Source of the DNA: Girardia tigrina
Taxonomy: Eukaryota
Reading direction: 5' to 3'
Length of the DNA stretch: 63,473 nucleotides
Assembly: GCA_001938485.1 (NCBI GenBank)
Contig: MQRK01236834.1
Coordinates: 1 to 63,473, forward strand
Shown: piece by piece, positions 13,051-26,899 of the stretch
How the letters are laid out: every line of letters starts with the position of its first letter
Position numbering within the stretch: position 1 is the first letter of the stretch
Translations under genes and position numbers: made by a program
The notes under the pieces: model-generated
What the model saw: the letters and a program-made list of their open reading frames with translations, nothing else
Told to the model about the DNA's origin: nothing
Database searches by the model: none

Positions 13051-14015
13051 TAGTTGAGTAATAATACTTCAACAAGTTGTCTCTTCAACAAAATGCATTT
13101 ATTTATTGTATAAATAAGGAAAATATATCGCTAAAATGTTTAAGTACCTCCGTACAAGGTTGTAACATTGACATGTGGAATAAAAAAATATATTGCAACA
13201 ATATCAAATATATATTTTGGAAATTTAAATATCTAATGTTAAATCGAAATAATTTCTTACATAAAAATTAAAAAGAAATATTTTATTGAATACAAAATTT
13301 AATATTAACAATTTATAACAATCTTCCGAATTTCGTCATTTTTAAAATAACCCCCAAACAAATTCCGAATTTTTGTTCTTTATTGTTGATCAATTTCTAA
13401 GTTATAACATTAATATAATTTATTTTTTTATATTTTTTGTTAGATAGAGGTAACCAACAGTCTTGTACATATTCAGTGCCTCACATCAACAAATAACCCC
13501 CAAAAATATTAATATCATTTCTGTTTGCAAGTATCAGAATTTTAAACTTCTGGAAATACATAAATGTACATAAAAATGATTTCTATAAATTTATTTACTT
13601 TTTATGAGGATAAATATTTATCATTTCCCCGTAATATAGCAATCTCAATCGATGGAGCGCCCAAAATGGAATGTAAATAAATATCACTTTTTATCACATT
13701 TATTCAATAAATTTGTCAGTGACATTTTAGAACGACTTTTCCATTTCTACTTCCACTAACATCTTTTTTACCAATTATTTTTATTATTATCATCGTTTAA
13801 TAATAATTCGATCATTAATCTTCATTTAAACTTTCTGTTAAAATTTAAAATTTTTGTTGGCGTTAAAATTTTAAAATGTGTTCTGTAAAAAACTTGATAT
13901 TTTGTTTCGGTAGTAGCCAACTACTATTACTACTAATATATATGTGTGTGTGTGTGTGTAAATAAATAAAATATAAATATGAAAATCATTATTATTATCG
14001 ATCGATTCAATAATA

Positions 14016-14065
14016 CAATAAACAATAAACAATAAACAATACAATAAACAGATTCAATAAACAAT
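14016..14065 (+). repeat. (ACAATAA)n short tandem repeat
   Basis: acaataaacaataaacaataaacaatacaataaac... Confidence 0.8.
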
Positions 14066-14879
14066 CTGATGGTTGGATTTATCCGAATTTTCTTCGCCAA
14101 TTCAGTCATGACATGACGATTACATCAAATTTATCAATTTTGACATCGTGGATTTATGTTTTACAACATTCTCGATATTTTGAGTGACCCGTGTGATAAT
14201 GGGTATTCATTCGCAAGCAAATACCACCATATCATATCGATCAACAACCATCAAATTACAGTTATTCAGATTTTTGAACGATATCGCGATATGTGCCATT
14301 TCGATGTTGGAAATTTTGATAATACTGGCAGCGATCTCGAACTTAGTTCTTTATTGTACAACTTTGAAAAAGAAGTCAAAGAATTAATTGATAATGCCTA
14401 ACAACAGAGCATGATGTGACATCATACACAAAATAATATAATTCAATCGTTCCTATTCAATGTCTAAGTATTACTGTCTATCAAAGTCCGATGATTTGAG
14501 TTGAATTGGAAAAATATTCAAGCTGATTTCCGCATTGTTTTTCTGTGACGCATCCAATCGGATCACTTCATTTTGCTGGGTTTTCTGCTTTAGCCGAAAC
14601 TGGAAATTCGTATTATATGGCACTATTGCCGATGAATTTAAATGAAACTACCGGCACCTAAACCACTTACATTGCGAGTTCACCCGACTAATGTTTAGTA
14701 ACATACTAAACAGGTAAATCAGCATTTGTACAACAAATTTCGAGTGACAATTGCGGTTCACCTATTTTGAATTGGCCAGAAAGATACTTATTGTCACCGA
14801 ATGATTTGATAATTAATTATATTCATGATCATTTGGTGTCTATTGTGTAACTGATAACCATTATTCATCTAATTATTAT

Positions 14880-15137
14880 ATTATTATATTATTGGTTAAA
14901 ATAAAATTACTATTTATCATTTAAAGATATTAATTTAATTTAATAATTTACAAATTAAAATAAATAAAAACATTTAAAATTTGCAATCATAATAAATTAA
15001 AATTTTTAATATTAAATCTAAATTTGAATAAATTAGTTTCAGATGATAAGAATTAATATATGAAACATTCATCTGAGTAGGAGAGACACGATCCAAAATC
15101 GACAAACTAAACATCAACATTCCAAATATTCCTCCCA
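14880..15137 (-). mobile_element. Partial LTR, Gypsy family A
   Basis: Core CATCTGAGTAGGAGAGACAC and LTR 5' end aatattcctccca (cf. aatattcctcaca). Left boundary is approximate. Confidence 0.65.
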
Positions 15138-15482
15138 CTCCGTAATTATAAAAAGCATGGTTCTTATCATTTCTTGGCTGGTGGAGGAAGGATTTTAATT
15201 ATAATATATTTTGAAAACCTACTTCTTGATTGCTCATTAAAAGGTATCCTGAATTATAATGAAAAAACAGTCAAACAGAGATATGAAATCAGAATTGAAA
15301 CTGACTAAACACAAAATAGTTCTAAAAGAAGTTGAAAGAAGACCAACAAATCTAAACAAGATAGAAAATGTAAACTCAATAAGAAACTGTTAAATCAAGA
15401 AGGTTGAAAAATGTGTTAATTGTGGTTGGTTGGGTTGACTAAAATCGGTGTTTTACCAAATAAAATTTAATTGGCTTTTAAA

Positions 15483-16972
15483 TTAGGTTGGTCGAAAATA
15501 ATGGCGGTTTTTGAGCTTTATACTTTGTTTATCTACTTTGATATGTATATAAGTTTAAATGCATTTGTGTTAGATATTATTTGAAATCTTATGCCTAGCT
15601 GTATATTCATATAGCCATTATTAACATATTGCTGTTACTTTTTAGAATATTTACGGTGCTAAATTAATAATGGAAAAATTAAAATTCGAGCAATTTTCTT
15701 GTACGAATTTAAACTGGGTCGTAAAGCAGCAGAAACGGCTCGCAATATCAATAAAGCATTTGGCAAGGGAACAGCTTCTGAGCGCTCAGTACAACGATGG
15801 TTCCGAAAATTTTCTGATGGAGATGAAAACCTTGAAGATGAAGAAGGTCATGGTCGTCCAGTTGCTGTGAACAACGACAATTTGATGACAATGGTGGAAA
15901 CAGATCTCCGTACAACAATCAGAGAACTTGCAGAAGGGTTGAGCATTAGTCATTCAACAGTCCTGGATCATTTTAAACAACTTGGAAAAATCAAGAAACT
16001 TGATAAATGGATTCCACATGATTTGAATGAAAATCAAAAGAACCGACGCTATGAAATTTGTTCTGCTAATCATCTTCGCAATAAAAACGATCCATTTCTT
16101 GATCGTATTGTTACATGTGATGAGAAATGGATCCTGTATGATAACCGACGTCGATCTGCACAGTGGTTGGACAAAGATGAAGTACCGAAACACTTTCCAT
16201 AACACCCCGTAAGGTTATGGTGACAGTTTGGTGGTGTGATGCTGGAATCATCCACTATAGTTTCTTGAATCCAGGTGAAACAATAACAGCGGAGAGGTAC
16301 TGTCATGAAATGGATGAAATGCATAAAAAATTGAAAACCCTTTGTCCGGGATTGGTCAATCGAAAAAGTCCCATCCTTCTTCATGATAACGCTATACCTC
16401 ATATTTCAAAAGTGACTCTTCAAAAGCTTAANNNNNNNNNNNNNNNNNNNNNNNNNNNNNNNNNNNNNNNNNNNNNNNNNNAAAAGCTTAATGAGTTGGG
16501 CTATGAAACCCTGCTTCATCCACCATATTCACCAGACCCCTCGCCAACGGACTTCTACTTTTTCAGGCATTTGTACAACTTCCTACGTGAAAAAATTTTC
16601 TAAAACCAAAACGATGCTCAAAATGCCTTCCAAGAATTCGTCGCTTCGAGAACCGATGCATTTTATGCTGATGGAATAAATCAACTTGTTTCTCGTTGGC
16701 AAAAATGTATTGATGCCAACGGTTCATACTTNNNNNNNNNNNNNNNNNNNNNNNNNNNNNNNNNNNNNNNNNNNNNNNNNNGCCTTCCAAGAATTCGTCG
16801 CTTCGAGAACCGATGCATTTTATGCTGATGGAATAAATCAACTTGTTTCTCGTTGGCAAAAATGTATTGATGCCAACGGTTCATACTTTGATTAATAAAC
16901 CTTTGTTTCTGTGAATTTGCACGCCTTTGAAGTTTGTGCTCCAAAACCGCCATTATTTTTCGACCAACCTAA
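15483..16972 (+). mobile_element. mariner element, cecropia/Hsmar1-like, disrupted transposase
   Basis: TIRs TTAGGTTGGTCGAAAATAATGGCGGTTTT / AAAACCGCCATTATTTTTCGACCAACCTAA|TA. Protein YEFKLGRKAAETARNINKAFG..WIPHDL..IVTCDEKW..HDNA..HPPYSPDPSPTDF (D,D34D). Has frameshifts, stops and assembly gaps. Confidence 0.95.
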
Positions 16973-19381
16973 TATATTGCTTGGTGGGACATCCTGTATA
17001 TCATTTGAACTGTAAAATGCAAGAATTCAAAAAAAACAAAAATATTGCAATAATTTCAAATTCATTTATTTTATTGAATTAAACGTTTAGTTCATTTGAA
17101 ATAATTTTAGAACATGTTGAAAATTTTTCTATTTTTATACATTTATATTTAATTCTCATTGGAAAATTGTATTCTCCTAATCGACAAGTACATAATTTTA
17201 TTTTTAAAATTCTGCAATTTTCACAATTCCCAAAGATAAATCTCAAGTTTGGACCGAGACATTATTTACGATTCACAGACGATTGAATCTCCAAGATTAA
17301 TTAATGTCGATATAATGGAATAATTAAATTAATATTCTTTAGTCAACCAACTATATTTTTAAATTAAATTATTTAAATGAGATTCATTTGATTTAACAAT
17401 TTTTATTTCTCATTTAAATTATGAGAGCAAATTCCAATTTTCGTTTTCCTTCACCTAAAAGTTTAAATTTTAATTTTAAAATTTGACATTAAATTTGACA
17501 ATAAATAAAATCTTTGATATTACAATTTGCTCCCTGGAGAGAATCTTCATTATTATCGATCACGTACAACACACACACACACACATTGACACACAGTGCT
17601 TGACACACACACACACGCACACTTACGTAAACATACATTTTCCACACATCGACTTTCAATTGAATTATTATTCGATTTCAAACGCAAAAGAAACAAAAAA
17701 ATAATTGTCATAAAATTAAAAAAAATATTTAAATTAAAAATTTAAACAATTTATTTCTAATTTACTAATTTCATCAATTTCCGTTAAATGAAAATTATCT
17801 CCCAAGTGTTACTTAGATTATTGGTTTCTGATTAACACTAGGAAAATTATTTTGAAACGAATGTTATAGGGGAACAATTACACAGATAAAAGAAAGGAGG
17901 AGCAAAAATATTTTGTAAGACTGCAAAACACAGAAATAGCTTCACCGCAATTCTCCTGCATTTCGGTTCTAAATTTGAGACTCAAAATTATCGGAAATTC
18001 GACTAAAAATATACATGTCCTAAAAGACTTGTATCATATGAAACTAGACATTGAAAGCCTGTATTTGGATATATCTTTTATATTCGTACAATATCTGAAA
18101 ATTTTATTCCAACTTCTGTATTCATTTCAAACATAAACAGATTTGTCATGAAGCCATAAAATTTACTCATATTTTGACAGATTCTTTCAATGCAACTAGC
18201 AGTTTAAAAAAATAAAATTAACACGTATAATAATAATAATAAAATTAATAATTTTTATTATTCGAAAGAATATTAATCATTATTTAATAATTTTGAAAAG
18301 TTATAATCATTCAAATGTATTTATTTATTTCAAATTAATAAAATATAGTAAAAAATTATTTCATTGATAAAACTCTGAATTTATATATGTTGTTTTAATC
18401 AAAAAATATTTTGGAAACGAGCTTAAAGTTTAGTTTATTGTATAATAAATAATTACAATCAAAAATATTTTTTAAGGATTCGAATTGCAGTTGACAATTT
18501 AGCCATCCGAAATCGAAATAAACCATTCAACTTTTGATAATTAAGCTCTCAATAATTGATCAAATAATCTTTCGTCAAACAAAACTAAATTTCAATTCAT
18601 TCACAAAAATTCGAAAATAATTTGCCAAAAATTGAAATGTAATTCAGTCAAAAAGAATAATGAATTTGTGCCAAATGTCAAACAACTTTAATTTAATAAT
18701 CACAATTTGAAAACTTAACAGTTAATACAAAATTAATCACGTGTGTCTTATTCTCAATTTAATTTTACACCAATTCTTTTGTTTTCAAGGTCATCCAATT
18801 TTAACAATCTGATTTAGTAAAATAAATTTATCTTATTATAATTATTTAAATTATTAATAATAATATTTAAAAGCAAAATAAAACGTCTCAAATAATTCAA
18901 CTATTGCTGTCTTTTCAATTCTTGAAATGAATTTTTTGAAAAACGAATTCTTTTAATATAAATAAATGCAAAAATTAAAGCTAACAATAACAAAAAATAA
19001 ATATATATTATTTAGAATTTCGGAACTAATATTATAATTATTGTTCTTATTATTATTTGAAGTATTAGACATGGACATTTGAAAAATTATAGGAGGAAGT
19101 TGAGAATGTGATTCTATTTAAAAGAAGGTCAATTTGATCCAAAATGTCCTCAAAAAGCTTATTATCTTTCTACATTTCAAGAAAACATCGAGCTGAATTT
19201 TTAATTAAAATTACCTTATTGGGATCAGATTCTTTCGACGAACCTAGGAAAAGAGGTATTTCAAAAATTATTTCCAATTATACCCATTTTCAAAAATGTT
19301 AAAATTAAAATTGGATGTTATTATTTAAGAGTTTTTTCAATAAAATCTGATGAAAATATTTCTCAAATATTATAGTCATAC

Positions 19382-19624
19382 CGTATTTAATTTGGCATAT
19401 ATCTCCGACCAGAATGTCTCCCACAGCTATTTCCTGAGATTGTTTATTTCTTATAACTTGGAATTTGTGCTCGGATTCAATTTTGTTTTGAAGACCTCGA
19501 AACTGTCTTTCCTTCTGCCAGTCATTGAATGCAATAACAAACACTACTAGCACCACGGCGGCCAAGATCGCCACACCTTCTATCCAACCGACCTCAGACT
19601 CTTCCTCGTTGTGATCACCAAAGT
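19382..19624 (-). CDS. ATP2B: PMCA coding exon 3 (TM2 and start of actuator domain)
   Basis: Acceptor ttttag|AC, donor G|gtatga. Translates (Y)FGDHNEEESEVGWIEGVAILAAVVLVVFVIAFNDWQKERQFRGLQNKIESEHKFQVIRNKQSQEIAVGDILVGDICQIKYG. 243 nt, phase 1 to phase 1. Confidence 0.96.
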
Positions 19625-19969
19625 CTAAAAGTAAACATTTATATTATTTAAGGAATAAATACATATGAGTAATAATAATAAAAATAATTTTTAAAATAAT
19701 TTAATGAAATATGAAAATATCAAATATCTAATCTGAAAGGTAAGGGGTAAACTTGAGGTAATAACTAAAAGCAGGAGAAAACAATTGAAAAAAAGATAGT
19801 TTAGAAAAATAATAAGCAATTAGGGTAAAATTCCTGTATAGGGTAAAGCTACTTTTGATCAACTTATACTAAATCTAATGTAACGAGAATACGTGGTTCT
19901 TAAGAGGTTCACAATTCTGACCTTTTTCCTTCTTTTATATGATTAGGTTTATTTTTAAAGGTACTTTTG

Positions 19970-21707
19970 TGTTAATATTGCAAAGGTCTAAATTATTACA
20001 ACATCACAACTCGAATTGCCTCTAGGACGATTCTCCACCAAACCTTGATTAATTTAAATTCTATTTCTAAATCTCTAATTATGCGAACAAATTAATTTAC
20101 GATTCTCTACTAAAATATTTTAAGATAATTATCAAAAATATATTAATTCATTTTAAATAACTTATTGGGTTGTTCGGAAAGTCATTTCGTTTTTTAATGT
20201 ATTTTTTATATTAATAATCATTAATAATCATTGACAATATTATTTATTTTAGTAGTTGGTAATCAAGGTTAGATTTGGAAAATTTTGGAATAATTAAAAA
20301 CATTTATATTTGATTGTGGACCTATCAAAGATGGAAAGCAAGAATCAGCATTTACGGCACGTATTACTTTCTTAACTTTCGAAAAGGTAAAAATGCTGTA
20401 CAATCAAGAAGAAAATTATGCGAAGTGTATGGAGAAGATGTGTTGACAGAACGCCAATGCTAAAACTGGTTTAATAAATTTAGATCCGGAATTTTTGATG
20501 TTGAAGATTCTTTACGTTCCCGAAGGCCCATTGAGGCCGACGAAGACATAATAAAGACATTAATTGATTCAAACCGGAAAATAACAACTCGCGAAATTGC
20601 GCAGACATTACATTTATCTAATTCCACTGTCCATGATCATTTGAAGCACCTACGTTTTACATCAAAACTCGACACATGGATTCCTCATAATCTTACCGAA
20701 CGAAATTTATGTTGTCGTTTAGACATCTGCGATATGGTTCTCAAACGTCAAGAAAATGATCCATTTTTGAAGCGCATCGTCACTGGAGATGAGAAATGAG
20801 TAATCTACAATAATGTAAACTTCAAGAGATCTTAGAGTAAAAAAGATCGACTTGCTCAAAGCAGTTCGAAAGCTGACATTAATCAAAAAAGTGATGCTAT
20901 CTGTTTGGTGGGATTTCAAAGGAATCGTATTTTATGAGCTTCTTCCGGACAAAACTACGATCAATTCGGACGTCTACTGTCATCAGCTGGACAAATTAAA
21001 TGAATCCCTTAAACATAAAAGGCCAGAATTGATCAATAGAAAAGATATAGTGTTTCACCAAGATAATGCCAGACCTCATACAAGTTTGGTAACTCGCAAA
21101 AAAAGCTTTTACAGCTTGGATGGAACATCATGCCTCACCAACCATATTCTCCAGACCTCGCACCTTCTGATTATCATTTGTTCCGGTCTCTACAAAATTA
21201 TTTTGATGATAACACTTTTTGATCAAATGAAGATGTTAAAAATCACCTGGAAAAGTTTTTTAGCAGCAAAGAACAAATATTTTATGAACGTGGAATCTTG
21301 TCCCAGCCAGGAAGATGGAAGAAGGTATTGGACCACAATGGTCAAAATGTATTTCAATAAGATATTTATTCGTCATAAAAAATTGTCTTTTCCTTTAATA
21401 CAAAAAAACGAAATGACTTTCCGAACAACCCAATATTTATAATTAAATAAATCTTTATGTGTTAATCAACTATAAACATATTTTAAATCACTTTAAAATA
21501 GGTTTTTAAAATTTTTATTAAAATATTATTATTATTTATTGATTAAGATATATTGATTTAATTTTAAAGTTGTTATTTACATTTCAAAGTTTGCCAAATA
21601 ATCCGACGGTTCAAAATATCAATATTCCATTTGAATGAGAGAATTGGTTTACGGAATATGGGTTTAAAACAACATACAATTAACACGACCCGAAAATATT
21701 CCTCGCA
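19970..21707 (-). mobile_element. Solo LTR, Gypsy family A, split by a mariner insertion
   Basis: LTR 3' part (cacaactcgaattgcctctaggacgattctcc) lies left of the mariner. The core ccatttgaatgagaga and LTR start aatattcctcgca lie right of it. Confidence 0.65.
20165..21433 (+). mobile_element. Full-length mariner (mellifera-like), dead transposase
   Basis: Perfect TIRs TA|TTGGGTTGTTCGGAAAGTCATTTCGTTTTTT ... AAAAAACGAAATGACTTTCCGAACAACCCAA|TA. Protein MESKNQHLRH..FRKGKNA..WIPH..IVTGDEK..KVMLSVWWD..FHQDNARPH..YSPDLAPSDYHLF, with stops and frameshifts. Confidence 0.95.
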
Positions 21708-23472
21708 TTCCCAATTCTACCACGAGTTTCAATTTCACCTCATGTAATCAGAAATAAAAATGTTCCATGTCAAAATTTTGATGTATTTTAGAACATGTAT
21801 GAGAAATTGTGAAAAAAGAAGAGTATAACCTTTATTACTGGAAGTGCTCTTTTTTTAATTTTTCTGTAAATACAAAATAAGTATTCTAATTATTTTTCTG
21901 TAGATACAACATGCAAAACATCAAATCAAAAACAATCCATCATAATATTGAATGTTTGAACAAAGTGATTAAAAATCAGTTTTCATATTGATTTAAGGAT
22001 CATAAGATCTTATTACCAATGCTTCATACGATTCTTCTAACCTCTCTGTACCGCTTCTAATTTTTATAATGTCGTAAGTTAGAATTGTTATAATCCCTGT
22101 TCGACGTTATCTATATTTCCCAAAAAAACTTTGAAAATGTCAAAAATATAAATTAAATAAATCAAAAGCCAAAATTGATCTTTTTAAATAAGTAATAATC
22201 GTTGTAAAGTTAATTAAAAACTGTTGTTCGGTAAGGCAGTCAATCACGTCCGTTTTGCTTCATACGAAAAAAATAATTTTTTTTCAAATAAGTAATTGAG
22301 GGAAAAAAATTATTATTTTTCTGTCTTTATCATATTTTCGATGTTTGGAAAATGAAATAATTTAGATTTTGTAAAATTAAATATTATTTTTCTTGGATCA
22401 TAGAAACGACAATCATCAACCAGAAATTGTACAACATGAAATATTTAGCTGAGACCCCTTACGACTGACAGTGGGTTTGAGCTGCGTTTCCGGATTCAGA
22501 TGTCAATGTATATTTATATTTATTCCTCTTAATGAAACAATGTCAAGACTATAATTTTAATATTTAATATCTATTTGGAATTATTTATTTATCTCATTTA
22601 TAATTTGTAAATTTTAGATATTTTTTAATTACAATATTATTTAAATTTAATCTGAAACTTTATTTATCAATTTGAAATATTTTAGTTATTTTTATTTATT
22701 TATTTACTATTTATTGTAACTATAACTAAATGAATTACAGAAGTTTTGAAGAAAAATAATTTTTAAAAAAATAATAAGTTCTTTTTTAAAAATATTTTGA
22801 CAAATTGGTGAGATATTACAAAGTTAAAATTAATAATTTAATAAATTCACGGACCTAAATAATTGATTTATTGAGTAAATTTGGAATTTTTCATGAAATT
22901 ATACAGTTTATCGATTCGAAATCGATCAAATTTGGTCCTTCCTGTTAGACGAATGATGTTATTGTATGTTGCTTAGTGTGGTGCCTCTCCTACCCTCATC
23001 ATTGATTTTTGTGCTGAATATTTTGATCAGGTAAAGGTTAATCTATTTAATATTTAAGTAATTAATTATGAAACACAGTTTCATATTTATTTTAAATATT
23101 AAATAATTTTTTAAGATGGTAGAACATGCCAATAGTTTGCGGTAAAGTTGAAGGTAATGATGTAGAGTTGTATTTTGTACAAATAACTTGATTTCAGTGA
23201 GATCTTTGAACTGGCTTAATAGTAACTATTAAGAACACTAATTGGATTTTCAATACATTTATTGATGTCACAACTTGAATCGCCACTAGGACAATTCTCC
23301 ATAAAACTTTCGTAACTAGTCATCGATCTTGATTGATAAATTTAATTCTATTTTTAAACGTCTTATTATTTAAACACATTTAAATTACAATTTATTTCCA
23401 ATTCGATTTCAAAATAATTTATAATTTAAATTACAAATTAATTACTTTATTTAGAAAAATATTTTAGATATA

Positions 23473-24169
23473 CTGTAAAATCCCGAGCATAAGCTGCAGC
23501 GCGTATTAGCTGCAGAGAACGTTTTTATGAAAGTGTATTTTTTAGTCGTATAAGCTGCAGCGCGTATTAGCTGCACCATTTGCGTCGCTNNNNNNNNNNN
23601 NNNNNNNNNNNNNNNNNNNNNNNNNNNNNNNNNNNNNNNNNNNNNNNNNNNNNNNNNNNNNNNNNNNNNNNNNNNNNNNNNNNNNNNNNNNNNNNNNNNN
23701 NNNNNNNNNNNNNNNNNNNNNNNNNNNNNNNNNNNNNNNNNATTATGAGAACATCAAACATACTAAGTCCGGAAATATGAAAGCAGCTGACTGGAATACC
23801 ATTTTTGAATGGATTGTCTCCTCTAGGGAAGTGGTTAACCTTTCCACCATTTTGAATGGTTTTCGTGTTTCATTCGGTGAAGACGACGATGTTCTTGAAA
23901 TTAAAGAAAATGAAATGAATGTGAACGAGTCTGATCCAAACATTGCAGTTTTTCATGACCTTGTAGAATTTCACTTGTAGAAAATTTCAATTTTATTGAC
24001 AATGAAAAGTGTGATGGTTTTGAGGAGTGTGATGTTGAAAATTGAAATAAATAAATAATCTTATCTTCAATTTGAATTGTTTTTTTAGTTGTATAATCTG
24101 CACATCATATTAACTGCAATTCAAAAGTGTTGCCTTTATTAGCTGCAGCTTATACTCGGGATTTTACAG
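23473..24169 (+). mobile_element. pogo-type DNA transposon (gap inside)
   Basis: TA|CTGTAAAATCCCGAGCATAAGCTGCAGC ... GCTGCAGCTTATACTCGGGATTTTACAG|TA, with repeated TA(A/T)GCTGCA subterminal motifs. A pogo-like acidic C-terminal remnant follows the N gap. Confidence 0.85.
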
Positions 24170-24175
24170 TACTTA

Positions 24176-24513
24176 GGCTGTCCCAAAAGTACTCAGGTGA
24201 CCTTTAAAAACACACTAATATTTTACCAAAGTTAACAAAATTTGGACTGAATATTATTCAGACTGTCATAAATACTGTATTAAAATTTCAAAGCATAAAA
24301 TTAAAAAAAAGTAAAATTTTGTTTTATTAAAGTATTGAAATTTTAAAAGTTCAGCGAATTCAAATCAAGTGGTTTTTAACAATGGAACCAAATAAATGTT
24401 GCCAACGTTTTTTTGTTCTCACTCAAAGTAAAAGAGGATTGTCTGCTTCAGAAATTCTTCAGCAACTTCAGCAGTGTGTTTTTAGAAGTCACCTGAGGAC
24501 TTTTGGGACAGCC
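24176..24513 (+). mobile_element. mariner/Tc1-derived MITE
   Basis: ~40-bp TIRs TA|GGCTGTCCCAAAAGTACTCAGGTGACC..AAAAACACACT / AGTGTGTTTTTAGAAGTCACCTGAGGACTTTTGGGACAGCC|TA. Retains a transposase N-terminal stub (MEPNKCCQRFFVLTQSKRGLSASEILQQLQQ). Confidence 0.85.
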
Positions 24514-26899
24514 TATTATTTATGATATATTAATTTAATTTTAAAGTTAGTTCTTTAATTTTTAAAATTAAATAAATAATTCGAAAATAATTTAAATTCG
24601 AAAATAAATAAATAATTTAAAATTAAATAAATAATTAATTATTTAATTAATTAAATAATTAATTAATTAAATAATTTTTAAAATACCAATCTTCCATCTG
24701 AGTCGGAGAAACACAATCCGAAAACAACATACCGAACAACATATAATAGCACCATTCAAAAATATTTCTAACAGTAACAATTAATTTTGATAAATCGATT
24801 TGATATAGATTAACAAATTTTAAAATCGTAGAAAAGAGAAAACTAGGTAGTTTCAAGAAGTTAAAAAATATTTTGGATAATTTAATGTTACTTTTGCAGT
24901 TTTTATTACTCATATCTCTTTCGAATAATTGTTATCGTTCAGACTTACCCGGTGTTGTGAGAGTCTGTCCAAAAGCAATTCAAACAGATAAATATGTATA
25001 TTTCAGAAAATATAAAAGTTACAGCAATGAAACTTTAAATTTAAGTTGAATAGAAGTGTTATAAAATATTTATTCAAAATTATCGCCAATCGTCTGCATG
25101 GTGGCTTCTAAACGTTTCTTGAATGTGAAACAGGCTTTTGCAGATTCTTCCAAGCCTTCGTAATGAAATTCCCTAGGACCTTGACACTTGTGTGACGAGC
25201 ACGACATGCTTTACTTGTTTTAATAATAAATTGTTTTTATTTACTATCATAATAAAAATATTTGTACAACGACTTCATAAATCGATTATTGTCATGAACA
25301 TAAGTGTGAATTAACATTTACAATAACTATTCTGATTGTAATAATTATAAGTATCTTGAAGATCTTAATGAAATGAAAGATCTTAACATTAGTATGCAAT
25401 TTATCCAATTTAGTATTTTATGTAGATGAGACCAAATAATTTTTAATAGATGTGCTTAGCTATCTTTGCATTTTATAGAGGTTCAAAGTTTAACTAAAAT
25501 AGAAAATTATATTTAAAAGTTTATTGATAAGTCTTGCAAAAAAACAATAACCTTAACTTTAGATAGATAACCTACGTCTCAGAGGCGACCGCGTCGAAAA
25601 CATATCGTTGTCTCTTTTTAATTGGTGCGTGAATTTATCTGTCATTTCCAGACAACTCAGTCATCAGTGTCGTGAGATAAGTAGAAATAATTTACTAACA
25701 CAAAATACATAGGTCTAATAAGCATGCAACTTTAAAGCGCAGATTATCTTTACAGAACTTAGTCAAATGGTTATCTTTCTAGGGTTAAACTGAATATCAT
25801 TAAAAGTTTTATACATAAATGAAATTTTATTTTTTCATTTTATAATAAAATTAAATTTCTTGTCTTTTGTTCTAAATAAAGAAATAGATTTCAATGATAT
25901 GTAAGATCTTTTCTTATTTTATTGGTAATCTAAAGCGAATTTGCCGTTACGTCGTCGTCTGATCAGTCGTAGCCGAGTGGTAGAGGCATACGCTAATTAG
26001 GAGAAATATAAAATCTCTTTCTGTCTCTACACTCTTTTAGATTATTTCTCATTATCTTTTATTAAAATTTAATAATAAATGTATTAATTTAATCAAAAAA
26101 AAACAGATGTTACATGTTCACTGAAGATGTTTTTTGTTTTGATTTGTTTTTTCAATAAAAAATCGAAGACAAAACTTAACAATGTTAGACTAAGTTTTAT
26201 AAGTTTAGAAGTGGAAGTAATTTTAGAAGACATTCATTGCTACTCATGTTTGTATTTTTGCAAATCTAAAATATATTATTTTAAAGAAAAAACTTTGGAT
26301 CCCCAAAGGCGTTTCGGTAAAAGATTAGACTGACTAACGACCCAAAAGGGGCATACTGTTATAAATTTTTTTTCGTTATTGTTAGGAATTAAAAAATGTT
26401 ATGAAAATTTTTTGAAAAGTTTATAAAAGAAATTTTAAAAATTAATAAGACATAATTGAATTGTTTGGAATTAATAAATTTTCGACATAGTTTGTTTACT
26501 CGCTCGTTCCTTACTTGAGTGAATAACGAAGACACATGATCAAAAGAACAATAAAATTATCTCAAAACGCGTCGTCTAATATTTATCCCTGGTGGTAATT
26601 TGGTCTATTTCCGTATAATTACTTTGTTTCATTTTTAATTAAAATTAAGAACTGTTTTCAAAGCTTTGATAATAATAGAGAAATAAAATTATTTAAACAA
26701 ATTATTAAAAAAAATTAAAAATTAAAAATTTTCTAATATACTCTAAAATGTTTTTTTTAGATTTTCTTTTTTGCCGACCCTTTTCTGTAATATATATATA
26801 TAGATTATGTATTTGCTTCATGCCTGTGTTTCGTCCTTCGAATCTTTCTTGATCTTTATTTCTTACTTCTACCTTAACTATTACCGTATGTCCATTTTA

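Larger units (their letters stand above)
23227..24773 (-). mobile_element. Solo LTR, Gypsy family A, with perfect 5-bp TSD, containing two nested DNA elements
   Basis: Left end tattaagaacacta is the reverse complement of the LTR end at 61842-61855. Right end aatatttctaaca. Core ccatctgagtcggaga. GTAAC flanks both sides (23222-23226 and 24774-24778). Confidence 0.8.

Noticed and set aside
16424-16890. Apparent tandem duplication inside the mariner (16626-16731 repeated after the N gap; aaaagcttaa on both sides of the first gap)
   Set aside because: Identical sequence on both sides of ~50-N spacers indicates unmerged contig overlaps, i.e. an assembly artefact.
25963-25995. tRNA or tRNA-SINE (TAGCCGAGTGG A-box)
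   Set aside because: No B-box or cloverleaf follows.
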